In this document: positions 18,776-27,345 of the stretch, one piece after another
Layout of the letters: the number at the start of each line of letters is the position of its first letter
Numbering within the stretch: position 1 is the stretch's first letter
From: Desulfobacterales bacterium
GTDB taxonomy: Bacteria > Desulfobacterota > Desulfobacteria > Desulfobacterales > UBA2245
Direction of reading: 5' to 3'
Length of the DNA: 64,000 nucleotides
NCBI GenBank assembly: GCA_040771865.1
Contig: JAXGZF010000003.1
Location: forward strand, 372,001 to 436,000
Position numbers and translations under genes: made by a program
The notes under the pieces: generated by a model
What the model was told of the DNA's origin: nothing
The model's input: only the letters and a program-made list of their open reading frames with translations
Database searches by the model: none

Positions 18776-19681
18776 ATGAAATGCCGGCAAACCATCATAT
18801 GGGCCGTTATCCTTGCGGTTGTTCTGGCCGCCGCGCCCGCGCAGGCCCGGCGAAACGTTCAGGATCAGCTCGGCCGGTCGGTGAGCGTTCCGGAGCATCC
18901 ACAGCGTGTGATCGCCATGGCCCCCAGTATTACGGAAATTGTCTTTGCCCTGGGCCGCCAGTCGTGTCTTGTGGGCGTGACCCGGTACAGCGATTATCCG
19001 CCCGAGACCGCCAATTTCCCCAAAGTGGGATCCTATGTGCAGCCGGATTTGGAGAGAATTCTGGCCCTCAGGCCGGATCTGTGCATCGCGGTCAAAGACG
19101 GCAATCCCGAGATGGTGGCCAAGAGACTCGAGGCCGTCAAGGTTCCAGTTTACGCGGTGGACCCGAGGAATCTGGAAGAGGTAATGAAAACTATCGGCGA
19201 TATCGGCGGCTTGCTTGACGCGAAACAGCAAGCCGATGAACTGGTCCAAAAGATGAAGACGCGCATCGATTTTGTTAAATCCCGGGCTGCCGAGGCTGCC
19301 GGCCGGCCCCGGGTATTTTTTCAGATCGGCATTTCTCCCATTGTCTCTGCGGGAACGGATACCTTTGCCAACGAGATCATCGAGCTTGCCGGAGGCGTAA
19401 ACCTGGCAAGGGGAGATACGGCCTATCCGCGTTTCAGCCGCGAGCAGCTTCTGGCGCTTTGCCCGGATATTGTCGTCATCACCTCCATGGAACGCGCGGG
19501 GGTTTTTGAAAGAGCCCGGGCCGAGTGGGAAGAATGGGGAGGCCGGATTCCTGCTGCCCGCGATCACCGTATTCATCTGGTAGACTCGAACATCTTTGAC
19601 CGGCCCACGCCGCGGCTGGTCGAAGCCCTGGAACTGATGGCCCGCCTGATTCATCCTGAAAAATTCGAGGCAAAACCGTGA
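18776..19681 (+). CDS. Cobalamin/iron-complex ABC transporter substrate-binding protein (BtuF-like)
   Basis: Signal peptide ending AQA; RVIAMAPSITEIVFALG, YSDYP, ERILALRPDL, RPTPRL. Confidence 0.88.
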   Translation: MKCRQTIIWAVILAVVLAAAPAQARRNVQDQLGRSVSVPEHPQRVIAMAPSITEIVFALGRQSCLVGVTRYSDYPPETANFPKVGSYVQPDLERILALRPDLCIAVKDGNPEMVAKRLEAVKVPVYAVDPRNLEEVMKTIGDIGGLLDAKQQADELVQKMKTRIDFVKSRAAEAAGRPRVFFQIGISPIVSAGTDTFANEIIELAGGVNLARGDTAYPRFSREQLLALCPDIVVITSMERAGVFERARAEWEEWGGRIPAARDHRIHLVDSNIFDRPTPRLVEALELMARLIHPEKFEAKP

Positions 19682-20682
19682 ACGATCGCGCTCCGTCCCT
19701 GATGCGACGCATGCTGGTCGTCAGCGTCCTGGCGGGCTTGCTACTGGCCGCATCCATCGTGCTGGGAATTTCCCTGGGATCAACCGGCGGGGGATCGGAT
19801 TTCTGGAACTGGGCGTTTGGCGATGCGAGTGACCCGGTGCTGGAAACCATTGTGTGGAATATCCGGCTGCCCAGAGTGCTGATGGCGGCCCTGGTGGGCG
19901 CTGTTTTGTCCCTTGGCGGACTGGTGTTTCAGGCTCTGCTTCGAAACCCCCTGGCAGAGCCCTATATTCTGGGAATATCCGGCGGATCGGCTGTGGGCGC
20001 CATCATCGGCATTCTCATGGGCCTGTCCCGGTTTCCCGGCGTCAGCATCACGGCCTTTGCCGGCAGCATGGCCACGCTGGCTTTAATTTTGCTGCTGGCC
20101 TCCGAACGCTCGATCCTGAAAAAAGACTCCCTGCTGCTTTCCGGCGTCATGGTCAACTCGTTTTGCACGGCGGTCATCATGTTTCTCGTTTCCATGACGC
20201 AGGATTCGCGGCTTCACAACATCATCTACTGGCTGATGGGCGATCTGGCTTCAGCCGACATGGGGCAGGTGAAGATCGTGTGCCTGATGGTGCTGCCCTG
20301 CGTGGTGTTGATTTTCTGCCTGTCTCACGCCATGAACCTGCTTTTGATGGGAAAGGAAATGGCCCGGACCATGGGGGTCAATATCGCCGTCGTCACCCTG
20401 GCGCTGCTGACCGTCACCTCCCTGATGGTCAGCCTTACGGTGAGCGCCTGCGGCCTGCTGGGTTTTGTGGGTCTGGTCATACCCCATCTGCTTCGGCTGA
20501 TTCTGGGGCCGGATCACCGGGTGCTCGTTCCGGCCTGCATTCTTGGCGGAGGCGCCTACATGGTGCTTTGCGATGTTCTGGCCCGCGTGCTTCCCCAGCA
20601 GGGCGAGATGCCTGCCGGCGTGATCACCGCCATGATCGGCGCTCCCCTGTTTGTTTTCCTGCTTAAGAGGTCCGGATCATGA
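19678..20682 (+). CDS. FecCD/BtuC-family ABC permease
   Basis: IRLPR, LLRNPLAEPYILGISGG, GFVGLVIPH, GVITAMIGAP. Confidence 0.92.
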   Translation: MNDRAPSLMRRMLVVSVLAGLLLAASIVLGISLGSTGGGSDFWNWAFGDASDPVLETIVWNIRLPRVLMAALVGAVLSLGGLVFQALLRNPLAEPYILGISGGSAVGAIIGILMGLSRFPGVSITAFAGSMATLALILLLASERSILKKDSLLLSGVMVNSFCTAVIMFLVSMTQDSRLHNIIYWLMGDLASADMGQVKIVCLMVLPCVVLIFCLSHAMNLLLMGKEMARTMGVNIAVVTLALLTVTSLMVSLTVSACGLLGFVGLVIPHLLRLILGPDHRVLVPACILGGGAYMVLCDVLARVLPQQGEMPAGVITAMIGAPLFVFLLKRSGS

Positions 20683-21497
20683 CCGATGCGCTGACCGTCA
20701 AGGATCTGAGTTACGATTACGCAGGCCGGCCGGTTCTGTCCGACGTTTCGTTTGCCGCAGGCCAGGGAGAGTTTTTCATCATCATCGGCCCCAACGGGTC
20801 TGGAAAAACCACGCTGATGAAGATTATGGCCGGCGTGCTTCGCCGCCCGGATCATTGCCCGAAGGTCTTTGGAAAACCCCTGGATCGCTACGGGCGAAAA
20901 GAACTGGCCCGGCGTCTGGCCTTTGTCCCCCAGTCGGTTCCTGCAGATTTCCCCTTTACCGTGCGCGAGGTGACGCTCATGGGACGATCTCCGCACCAGG
21001 GAATCCTTGGCTTGGAGAAAGACCGCGACATGGAAATCGTCGAACAGGCCATGAAATTTACCGAGGTGCGGCATCTGGCGGATCGCAGAATCGACCAGCT
21101 TTCCGGCGGAGAGCGCCAGCGGGTGTTTATCGCCCGGGCGATTTGTCAGGAACCGCAGATCATGCTCCTCGACGAACCCACCGCAGCCCTGGATCTGTCT
21201 CACCAGGTTCGGCTGATGGATCTTCTGGAAAAGCTCAAGCGCGACAGGGGCGTCACCGTGGTGATGGTGTCCCACGACCTGAACCTTGCCGCCATGTACG
21301 GAGACCGGGTCCTGCTGCTCAAGTCCGGAAAGATCGTCTGCATCGGATCGCCGGACCAGGTGATGACCTTTGACACCCTCGAATCCGTCTACGGCTGCAC
21401 GCTTCTGGTCGACGTCAGCCCCCTGGGAAGCTTCCCGCGAATCACCCTGGTTCCGCAGCGATTCAAAACGCTGAATTCCGGCGGCGGCTCGGAATAA
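20679..21497 (+). CDS. FecE/BtuD-family ABC ATPase
   Basis: GPNGSGKT, LSGGERQR, LLDEPTAALD, SHDLNLA. Confidence 0.92.
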   Translation: MTDALTVKDLSYDYAGRPVLSDVSFAAGQGEFFIIIGPNGSGKTTLMKIMAGVLRRPDHCPKVFGKPLDRYGRKELARRLAFVPQSVPADFPFTVREVTLMGRSPHQGILGLEKDRDMEIVEQAMKFTEVRHLADRRIDQLSGGERQRVFIARAICQEPQIMLLDEPTAALDLSHQVRLMDLLEKLKRDRGVTVVMVSHDLNLAAMYGDRVLLLKSGKIVCIGSPDQVMTFDTLESVYGCTLLVDVSPLGSFPRITLVPQRFKTLNSGGGSE

Positions 21498-21767
21498 AGC
21501 CCGTTCTTTAATCGCGAAGCCGCCACCATTGCGCTGGGTTCGGTTTTTTCCTTGACCGCCTCCATTCGCGGGGTTTATAAGAAAATTTCTTATCCTTCAG
21601 GCGTATTCGCCTCGTACTTTTCGCTGCGGTTTTATGTTTCATTGTTTTAAGGCATAGATGCAAGATCAGATCGGGAAACGTTAAAATACTTGCAACCCGT
21701 GACGAATTAAATTGATAAAAATGAAAAGCGTTTTCCAAATATCGAAATTGGGTTGGGCGAAATGCTT

Positions 21768-21797
21768 AAAGAGCCAAGAGCAGACCTGACCCGTTTT
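21768..21797 (-). repeat. REP-like palindrome, RAYT-end copy
   Basis: aaagagccaagagcagacctgacccgtttt is the near reverse complement of the REP copies at 23389 and 25808; on + it encodes LKSQEQT*, matching the LKSQ seen at the end of the RAYT domain. Confidence 0.75.
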
Positions 21798-21813
21798 CAG
21801 TTTTGCAGCCGGC

Positions 21814-21820
21814 GTTAGAC
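21814..21820 (+). mobile_element. Integron cassette core site (GTTRRRY) preceding the UDG-like gene
   Basis: GTTAGAC 17 bp upstream of the ATG, preceded by a half-attC-like tgcagccggc. Confidence 0.6.
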
Positions 21821-21837
21821 CGAGTAATTCAAACAGT

Positions 21838-22596
21838 ATGGATAATTTCGAACGCTATAAAATGCTTGATTATGGAGTACCTGAAGACATTTCATGCGTT
21901 CCGACCGAGTTCGTCCTTCATAAAGATGGTGCACTAAAAGTATTGTGGGCACCCTGCGATCACATCAATACCGGTGCCAAAATTGCTATTGTCGGGATCA
22001 CTCCAGGTTGGCAACAGACAAAAATCGCTTACACAGAAGCCCAAAAAGCTCTAAAAGAAGGACTTAGCTATCCGGAAGCATGCAAACGTGCGAAAGGTCA
22101 AGCCGCATTCGCTGGAACTATGCGAAAGAACCTCATTGCAACGCTTGATGATATCGGCGTCGCTCAAGCATTAGGTATTGCCTCGACTGTTGAAATTTTT
22201 GGCAGGTCACACCCCTTACTCCATTCGACGTCGGCATTGCGTTACCCGGTTTTTCGTAACAATAAAAATTATACCGGCCACATACCAGATCCTTTGAAGA
22301 ATGATTACCTGCGTTCAATGACAGAGACTATACTCACGGAGGAGCTAAGGGCGGTATCACCAGCTTTGGTGGTTCCACTTGGAAAGGCCGCGAATGCATG
22401 CGTCAAACACGCGTTATCAATTTGTCATGCAGAAGTTTCTCTTTTAGATATGTTTCCACATCCCTCAGGGGCAAACGCGCACCGCATGCGCCAGTTTAAA
22501 GAACAAAAGAAAACTCTCAAGAAAATTGTTGAAGATTGGCAACATCTGCCTAATAAGGCTAATTCAGCCGGCGCACAAAACCGCGCGGCTGATTAA
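21838..22596 (+). CDS. Uracil-DNA glycosylase-like superfamily protein (integron cassette gene)
   Basis: IAIVGITPG, VVPLGK and FPHPSG motifs of the UDG fold; visibly lower GC than the flanks; stop codon lies inside the attC. Confidence 0.72.
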   Translation: MDNFERYKMLDYGVPEDISCVPTEFVLHKDGALKVLWAPCDHINTGAKIAIVGITPGWQQTKIAYTEAQKALKEGLSYPEACKRAKGQAAFAGTMRKNLIATLDDIGVAQALGIASTVEIFGRSHPLLHSTSALRYPVFRNNKNYTGHIPDPLKNDYLRSMTETILTEELRAVSPALVVPLGKAANACVKHALSICHAEVSLLDMFPHPSGANAHRMRQFKEQKKTLKKIVEDWQHLPNKANSAGAQNRAAD

Positions 22597-22607
22597 CGAC
22601 GTTGGGC
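22548..22607 (+). mobile_element. attC site (60 bp)
   Basis: GCCTAAT-aaggc-taattcagccg...cggctgatta-acgac-GTTGGGC, with an extra base in the left arm as expected for attC. Confidence 0.8.
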
Positions 22608-22641
22608 GCTCAATAAAAGTCGCGTGATTTTGGGGAATGGC

Positions 22642-23361
22642 ATGTCATCGAAGACGGTTAGTCAAAAGGCAGTTCAAACAGCGTCACCTCGCCAGTGGAT
22701 CGGTATAGTTGTGGTGTATCTCTTCATCCCACTGGCTTTATTGGTATGCGGAGGGGATTTCGGTTGGTGGCAGGCGTGGATCTATTCCCTGCTGATCGTT
22801 GCCGCAGGCATAGGGGGGCGCATTTGGGCGGAACGGCGGCATCCGGGGTTGTTGGCCGAACGACAAAATATTGAGAAGATGCAAAGCGCGAAAGCTTGGG
22901 ACAAAGTGCTTGCTCCGCTGATGGCGCTGAGTGTAGGATTCCCACTGGTCATTGTGGCAGGGCTGGATCACCGCTGTGGCTGGTCCCCCATATTTCCGCT
23001 ATGGCTCATCGTGCTTGGCTTCATCTTGATCTCGCTCGGATACGCTTTCGCTGTGTGGGCATTGGCAGAGAACCGCTTTTTCTCGGGCGTGGTGCGTATT
23101 CAGACGGATCGAGGGCATGTGGTGTGTGACAGTGGCCCATACCGGATTGTGCGGCATCCGGGCTATGCCGGAAATATTCTGCCACTGCTGGGTATAGTGC
23201 TGGCCTTAGGCTCGGTGTGGACACTTGTTCCGGCGGCGGTGGCGTTGATCATCGCGGTGATCAGAACCGCACTGGAAGACCGGACTCTACAGGAAGAGTT
23301 GCCGGGCTATCGAGACTATGCGCGGCGTGTGCGCTATCGGTTGATTCCGGGGATATACTGA
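22642..23361 (+). CDS. Isoprenylcysteine carboxylmethyltransferase (ICMT/PEMT) family membrane protein; probable cassette gene
   Basis: ENRFFS.VVRIQ, GPYRIVRHPGY, EDRTL, GYRDY; begins just after the attC core GTTGGGC. Confidence 0.88.
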   Translation: MSSKTVSQKAVQTASPRQWIGIVVVYLFIPLALLVCGGDFGWWQAWIYSLLIVAAGIGGRIWAERRHPGLLAERQNIEKMQSAKAWDKVLAPLMALSVGFPLVIVAGLDHRCGWSPIFPLWLIVLGFILISLGYAFAVWALAENRFFSGVVRIQTDRGHVVCDSGPYRIVRHPGYAGNILPLLGIVLALGSVWTLVPAAVALIIAVIRTALEDRTLQEELPGYRDYARRVRYRLIPGIY

Positions 23362-23388
23362 GGGGCCTCGCCCCTTTGAAAAAGGGGA

Positions 23389-23417
23389 AAAGGGGTCAAG
23401 TCTGCTCTTGACCTTTT
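23389..23417 (+). repeat. REP-like palindrome upstream of RAYT
   Basis: aaaggggtcaag-tctgct-cttgaccttttt hairpin 28 bp before the RAYT ATG. Confidence 0.8.
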
Positions 23418-23445
23418 TGGCCGGCAATGATAGGCAATTGCCATT

Positions 23446-25809
23446 ATGTCGCGTCCCCTTCGAATAGAATATCCCGATGCCTGGTATCATGTGATGAACC
23501 GCGGCCGGCGCACTGAGGAGATTTTTGCGGATAAAGAAGATTACGCCATGTTTACGGAGCTGTTGAAAGAAACCTCCGAGATGTGGAACGTTCGAATCGC
23601 CGCCTACTGCCTGATGCCGAATCATTACCACCTCCTGGTTCAAACCCCTGAAGCCAACATTTCCAGAAGCATGCGCTACTTAAACGGCATATACACTCAG
23701 CGATACAACCGCCGGCATGGCTGCGACGGCCAGCTTTTCCGTGGACGCTTTAAATCCATACTCATCGACGGCGACATCTATCTGCTTCAGGCGGTTCGAT
23801 ATATCCACCGAAACCCGTTGCGAGCCGGGCTGGTAGAGCGCATCGACCAGCATCCATGGAGCAGCCACAAAGGGTATATCTCCATTTCGAAGAAATGGGA
23901 TTGGCTTCATAAGAATTACATCCTGTCCTTGTTGTCGAAAAATCGAAAGGACTGGTTGCGGCATTACAAACAGTGGGTGGCCCTTGCGGATGAAGATGAG
24001 GTCGGCAGGAAAATTGAGGGGAAAAAATGGCCTTCGCTTTTAGGGCCGGAAGCGTTCATCGACCGGATCAAGGAACGCTATGGGTTGAAACAGATTAATG
24101 AAGAAGTTCCTTCAGCCAAGGACCTGCTTCCGGAGGTGGATCAGATCCTTAAAACTGTGGCCGGGTTTTATGACGTTGAGCCTTCCGAGCTTTTAAAAAA
24201 ACGGCGAGGAAGTCCTTTTGAGGCCCGAAGCGCTGCCATATTCCTGACCCGGAAACTGAGGCGCGACGCCTTGAAGGAGATTGGCGAGGCGTTTCAAATC
24301 GAAAAATACAGCACCGTGAGCAGCGCAATTGAACGCATGAAAAAACGAGTTTCCGAAGATCAAGCGTTGCGTCGCCGATTAGATGAAATGGGAAACTCGA
24401 TCTTAAAGAGTCAAGGAAAAGGGGGCGAGTTCGCTCTTAACCCCCTAAATTGGCGATCTCGTAAAACAGCAACGGCAGAAAGGCGCGCCCGGCCCATGAA
24501 TGCTCATGATTATTATGCAAGCGTTGGCAGCAGGCTGAAACAATGTTTCCTTTTCAGTGATTACGTGGTCGCCACCGGCAGCGAACTGACCGCATCCGGA
24601 GCAGACCCGGCCTTTCCGGCCACAGCCGAACCCATTGAGCGCCTTGAGGAACTGACGGTCGAACGTAGCCTTCAGGTCCATCTTCCCATCATTGGAAAGC
24701 GGTCTCAAAGCGTGTTGATGCCGATAGATCTTGAACTGTTTCTCAAGGACGAGAACCACCTGCTGTATACCAGCCCGGAAAGCCAGAAAGCGCTCTTTTC
24801 ACAGCTGATTCCGGTTTTCCGTTTCCTCGAGAATTTTCTCCGTTCCCGGGGCCTTCCCTACCTGCTGGATTATACCCCCTCGGGATGCCATATTCTGTTT
24901 CATAATCTCCTGGGACAGCGCGCAACCGACCATCTGGTTGAAATCGGCTACCTGGAAGAGGACCTGATCCGGGCCTGCGACTTCCGCGACCCGAACGATA
25001 TCCGCCGCCGTAACGGCGTTTCACACCCGGCGGCCCGAGCGTTCAGCGGACTGGGAAAACTGGCCGAATACATTTCCCTGGTTACCATGGAGGCATTCAA
25101 GGACAACGAATCCCGGGGAATGTTTCCCGTCTTTATCTCGGATGCCCTGGATCGCAGCATCAACTTCGACAACTCATGGAACGAGGGCTCCCCGTTCATG
25201 CGCTCGATTCGAAGCCCCTTCAGCCTTCATAAAAAGAACCTGGAAAAATACGGCATCGTGGGCCGCGGCCCCCTGGTGGATGTGATCGGCGCCTGCTTTG
25301 ACGGCTCACAGGCAATTGAAGAAACTGATATGGACCGGATTCTGAACGCCATGTGGAATCTGGAAAACGCCTCGAAACATGCACAAAAATTTTCCGGCCG
25401 CATTCCCTGTTCCAATGACACCCTGATTGACCTGATTCAAGAATACAAAGCCTCCGATCTGTACCGGTTTCATGAGGAATTTGACGGACAGGAAGATATG
25501 CCTGCAGGCGAAGCCCTAGAGCACGCCAGGCGGGAGACAAGGGTTCCGGACTGGGCTGTAGATATCCTCTATCATCCCAACCCGAGAGCGCTGCAGCCGA
25601 AAAACATGATCGGTCTGATTTATGATTTCTTAATCCGTGCCGACTGGAAACCCAAGCATATCGCCAACATCCTGCGCGATCTGTATCAGAACCCCTCGTT
25701 TCAGTGGACTCAGGATTTTTTCAAGTATCCGGCCGTAGAAAAAGCCAACTTCTGGGTCAGGACCTACAGCGCGGTGACGCTATTGAAGCAGGGCCGCCTG
25801 AGCCTGTAA
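23446..25809 (+). CDS. RAYT (REP-associated Y1 HUH transposase with DnaA-C-like HTH; about aa 1-325) in frame with an AEP primase/polymerase-like protein (from Met at 24496)
   Basis: RAYT: YHVMNRG, NHYHLL (HUH), RYIHRNP (catalytic Tyr), WSS, C-terminal ARSAAIFL..LKEIG..F...YSTV. Distal part: MPIDLE, YTPSGCH, INFDNS, RSIRSPFSLH AEP-type motifs. Confidence 0.8.
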   Translation: MSRPLRIEYPDAWYHVMNRGRRTEEIFADKEDYAMFTELLKETSEMWNVRIAAYCLMPNHYHLLVQTPEANISRSMRYLNGIYTQRYNRRHGCDGQLFRGRFKSILIDGDIYLLQAVRYIHRNPLRAGLVERIDQHPWSSHKGYISISKKWDWLHKNYILSLLSKNRKDWLRHYKQWVALADEDEVGRKIEGKKWPSLLGPEAFIDRIKERYGLKQINEEVPSAKDLLPEVDQILKTVAGFYDVEPSELLKKRRGSPFEARSAAIFLTRKLRRDALKEIGEAFQIEKYSTVSSAIERMKKRVSEDQALRRRLDEMGNSILKSQGKGGEFALNPLNWRSRKTATAERRARPMNAHDYYASVGSRLKQCFLFSDYVVATGSELTASGADPAFPATAEPIERLEELTVERSLQVHLPIIGKRSQSVLMPIDLELFLKDENHLLYTSPESQKALFSQLIPVFRFLENFLRSRGLPYLLDYTPSGCHILFHNLLGQRATDHLVEIGYLEEDLIRACDFRDPNDIRRRNGVSHPAARAFSGLGKLAEYISLVTMEAFKDNESRGMFPVFISDALDRSINFDNSWNEGSPFMRSIRSPFSLHKKNLEKYGIVGRGPLVDVIGACFDGSQAIEETDMDRILNAMWNLENASKHAQKFSGRIPCSNDTLIDLIQEYKASDLYRFHEEFDGQEDMPAGEALEHARRETRVPDWAVDILYHPNPRALQPKNMIGLIYDFLIRADWKPKHIANILRDLYQNPSFQWTQDFFKYPAVEKANFWVRTYSAVTLLKQGRLSL
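24416..24446 (+). repeat. Degenerate REP copy at the RAYT/AEP junction
   Basis: gaaaagggggcgagttcgctcttaaccccct aligns with gaaaaggggtcaagtctgctcttgacctttt; contains no in-frame stop. Confidence 0.65.
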
Positions 25810-25836
25810 AGGGGTCAAGTCTGCTCTTGGCCTTTT
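25808..25836 (+). repeat. REP-like palindrome overlapping the AEP stop codon
   Basis: aaaggggtcaagtctgctcttggcctttt. Confidence 0.8.
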
Positions 25837-25864
25837 GGGTTGATAATGATAGGCAGTTGTCGTT

Positions 25865-26172
25865 ATGTCTCGTTCCCTTCGAATAGAACATCCAGATGCG
25901 TGGCGCCATGTGATGAACCGCGGCCGGCGCGCCGAGGAGATTTTCGCGGATCAAGAAGATTACGCCATGTTTACGGAGCTGTTGAAAGAAACCTTCGAAA
26001 TGTGGAATGTTCGAATTGCCGTCACCTGCTTGATGCCCGATCATCGCCATCTTCCGGTTCAAACCTTCGAAGCCGATATTTCCGAAAGCGTGCGCCGCTC
26101 AAATGGCGTATATATCCAGCGATACAACCGAAGGCATGGCTGCGACGGACCAGTGTTCCGGGGTCGTTTTAA
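25865..26172 (+). pseudogene. Truncated, degenerate second RAYT copy
   Basis: Near-copy of 23446-23753 (MSRSLRIEHPDAWRHVMNRG...); HUH changed to DHRH; homology ends at RGRF before the catalytic Tyr. Confidence 0.85.
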
Positions 26173-26220
26173 TTTCTTGCCTTACTCAATTCCCGGCGGG
26201 ACCCCTCGGAGAATGAAGCG

Positions 26221-26943
26221 ATGACCTATTCATTTGAACCCATTGGCGTGATCCGTTCCTGCTTTCAGCAGAAGTTCGGCATTCCGCGTCAGCCGGGGCT
26301 GGTTCCGGAAGCCAAGGCCGTGCTGGAACTTTTTCCGCCTTACAACCGCATGGAATCCCTCAGGGGGCTGGAAGGCTTTTCCCACCTGTGGGTGATATTC
26401 GTTTTTCATGAATGCAAATCCGATTCTTCAAGAACCACGGTGCGCCCGCCGCGTCTGGGCGGAAACAGGCGTGTCGGGGTCTTTGCGACCCGTTCGGGAT
26501 TCAGGCCCAATCCCATCGGCATGTCCGCCGTCGAAATGGAAAAGATCGAAGGCGACGACAAGGGCATCAGAATTCACCTCAACGGCGTGGATCTGCTGGA
26601 CGGCACGCCGGTGCTCGACATCAAGCCCTATCTGCCCTATGCGGACCGGATCTTCGAAGCAACGGGCGGATTTGCCGACAGGGCGCCTGACAAGAAATTC
26701 GCCGTGAGCTTCACTCCTTGTGCTTTGGAGGCCTGCCGGCGCATCGAGGCCGACAAGGGCATTTGCCTGGAGCCCGTTGTTTTTGGCATGCTTTCCTATG
26801 ACCCGCGACCCGCTTATTATACTCAGGATTCTTCAAAAAGCGATTTTGCAGCCTGCGTCTGCGGATTTCAGGTCCGGTGGAAAATCTGCGGCGATCAGGC
26901 TGTGGTGCAATCCATTGAGGGTCCCGAGGTCAAGGCAAGTTAA
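26221..26943 (+). CDS. trmO: tRNA (N6-threonylcarbamoyladenosine37-N6)-methyltransferase TrmO
   Basis: KFGIPRQPGL, FSHLW, TVRPPRLGGN, GVFATRS.FRPNPIG, DGTPVLDIKPY. Confidence 0.93.
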   Translation: MTYSFEPIGVIRSCFQQKFGIPRQPGLVPEAKAVLELFPPYNRMESLRGLEGFSHLWVIFVFHECKSDSSRTTVRPPRLGGNRRVGVFATRSGFRPNPIGMSAVEMEKIEGDDKGIRIHLNGVDLLDGTPVLDIKPYLPYADRIFEATGGFADRAPDKKFAVSFTPCALEACRRIEADKGICLEPVVFGMLSYDPRPAYYTQDSSKSDFAACVCGFQVRWKICGDQAVVQSIEGPEVKAS

Positions 26944-27067
26944 CATTCTGAAATAAAAACGGTATCACTTAAAAAACGCGATTCCGATATATTCCGCAGC
27001 CGGGGCGAAGTCAGCAAACCCGGCTTCTCCTGTTCGAGAGAATATCCGCTTTGGGTGGTTGTTCGGA

Positions 27068-27187
27068 TGCGCCGGCGGTGAATCGGAAATACTTTGGGAA
27101 AAACAGGCTTCAAAACAAGTCAATATATTGAGTCGCTGGGAGCGAGCCTTGAATTATGAATTTTTCTGATAAAGCTTCAGCGCAACA
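27068..27187 (+). repeat. Bipartite non-coding motif, copy 1 (copy 2 at 33281-33394)
   Basis: Shared blocks tgcgccggcggtgaatcggaaa and gaatWatgaatttNNctgataaagctNcNgcgcaaca. Confidence 0.7.
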
Positions 27188-27345
27188 TTCCGGGACGCCT
27201 TGCCAAGCGCCGCAAAATTTTCATGGAGTGCTTTGCTTTTCAAAACAAACGGTCAATCGGGGCGAAAAATCGTAAAAGACAGGGGGACTCATGTTCCCGA
27301 AATGATGGATGGCAACATATCAAGGGGCCCCGAGATGCCCGAGAG

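Noticed and set aside
21552..21581. TTGACC...TATAAG possible cassette promoter
   Set aside because: Plausible, but such hexamers arise easily in AT-rich DNA; no independent support
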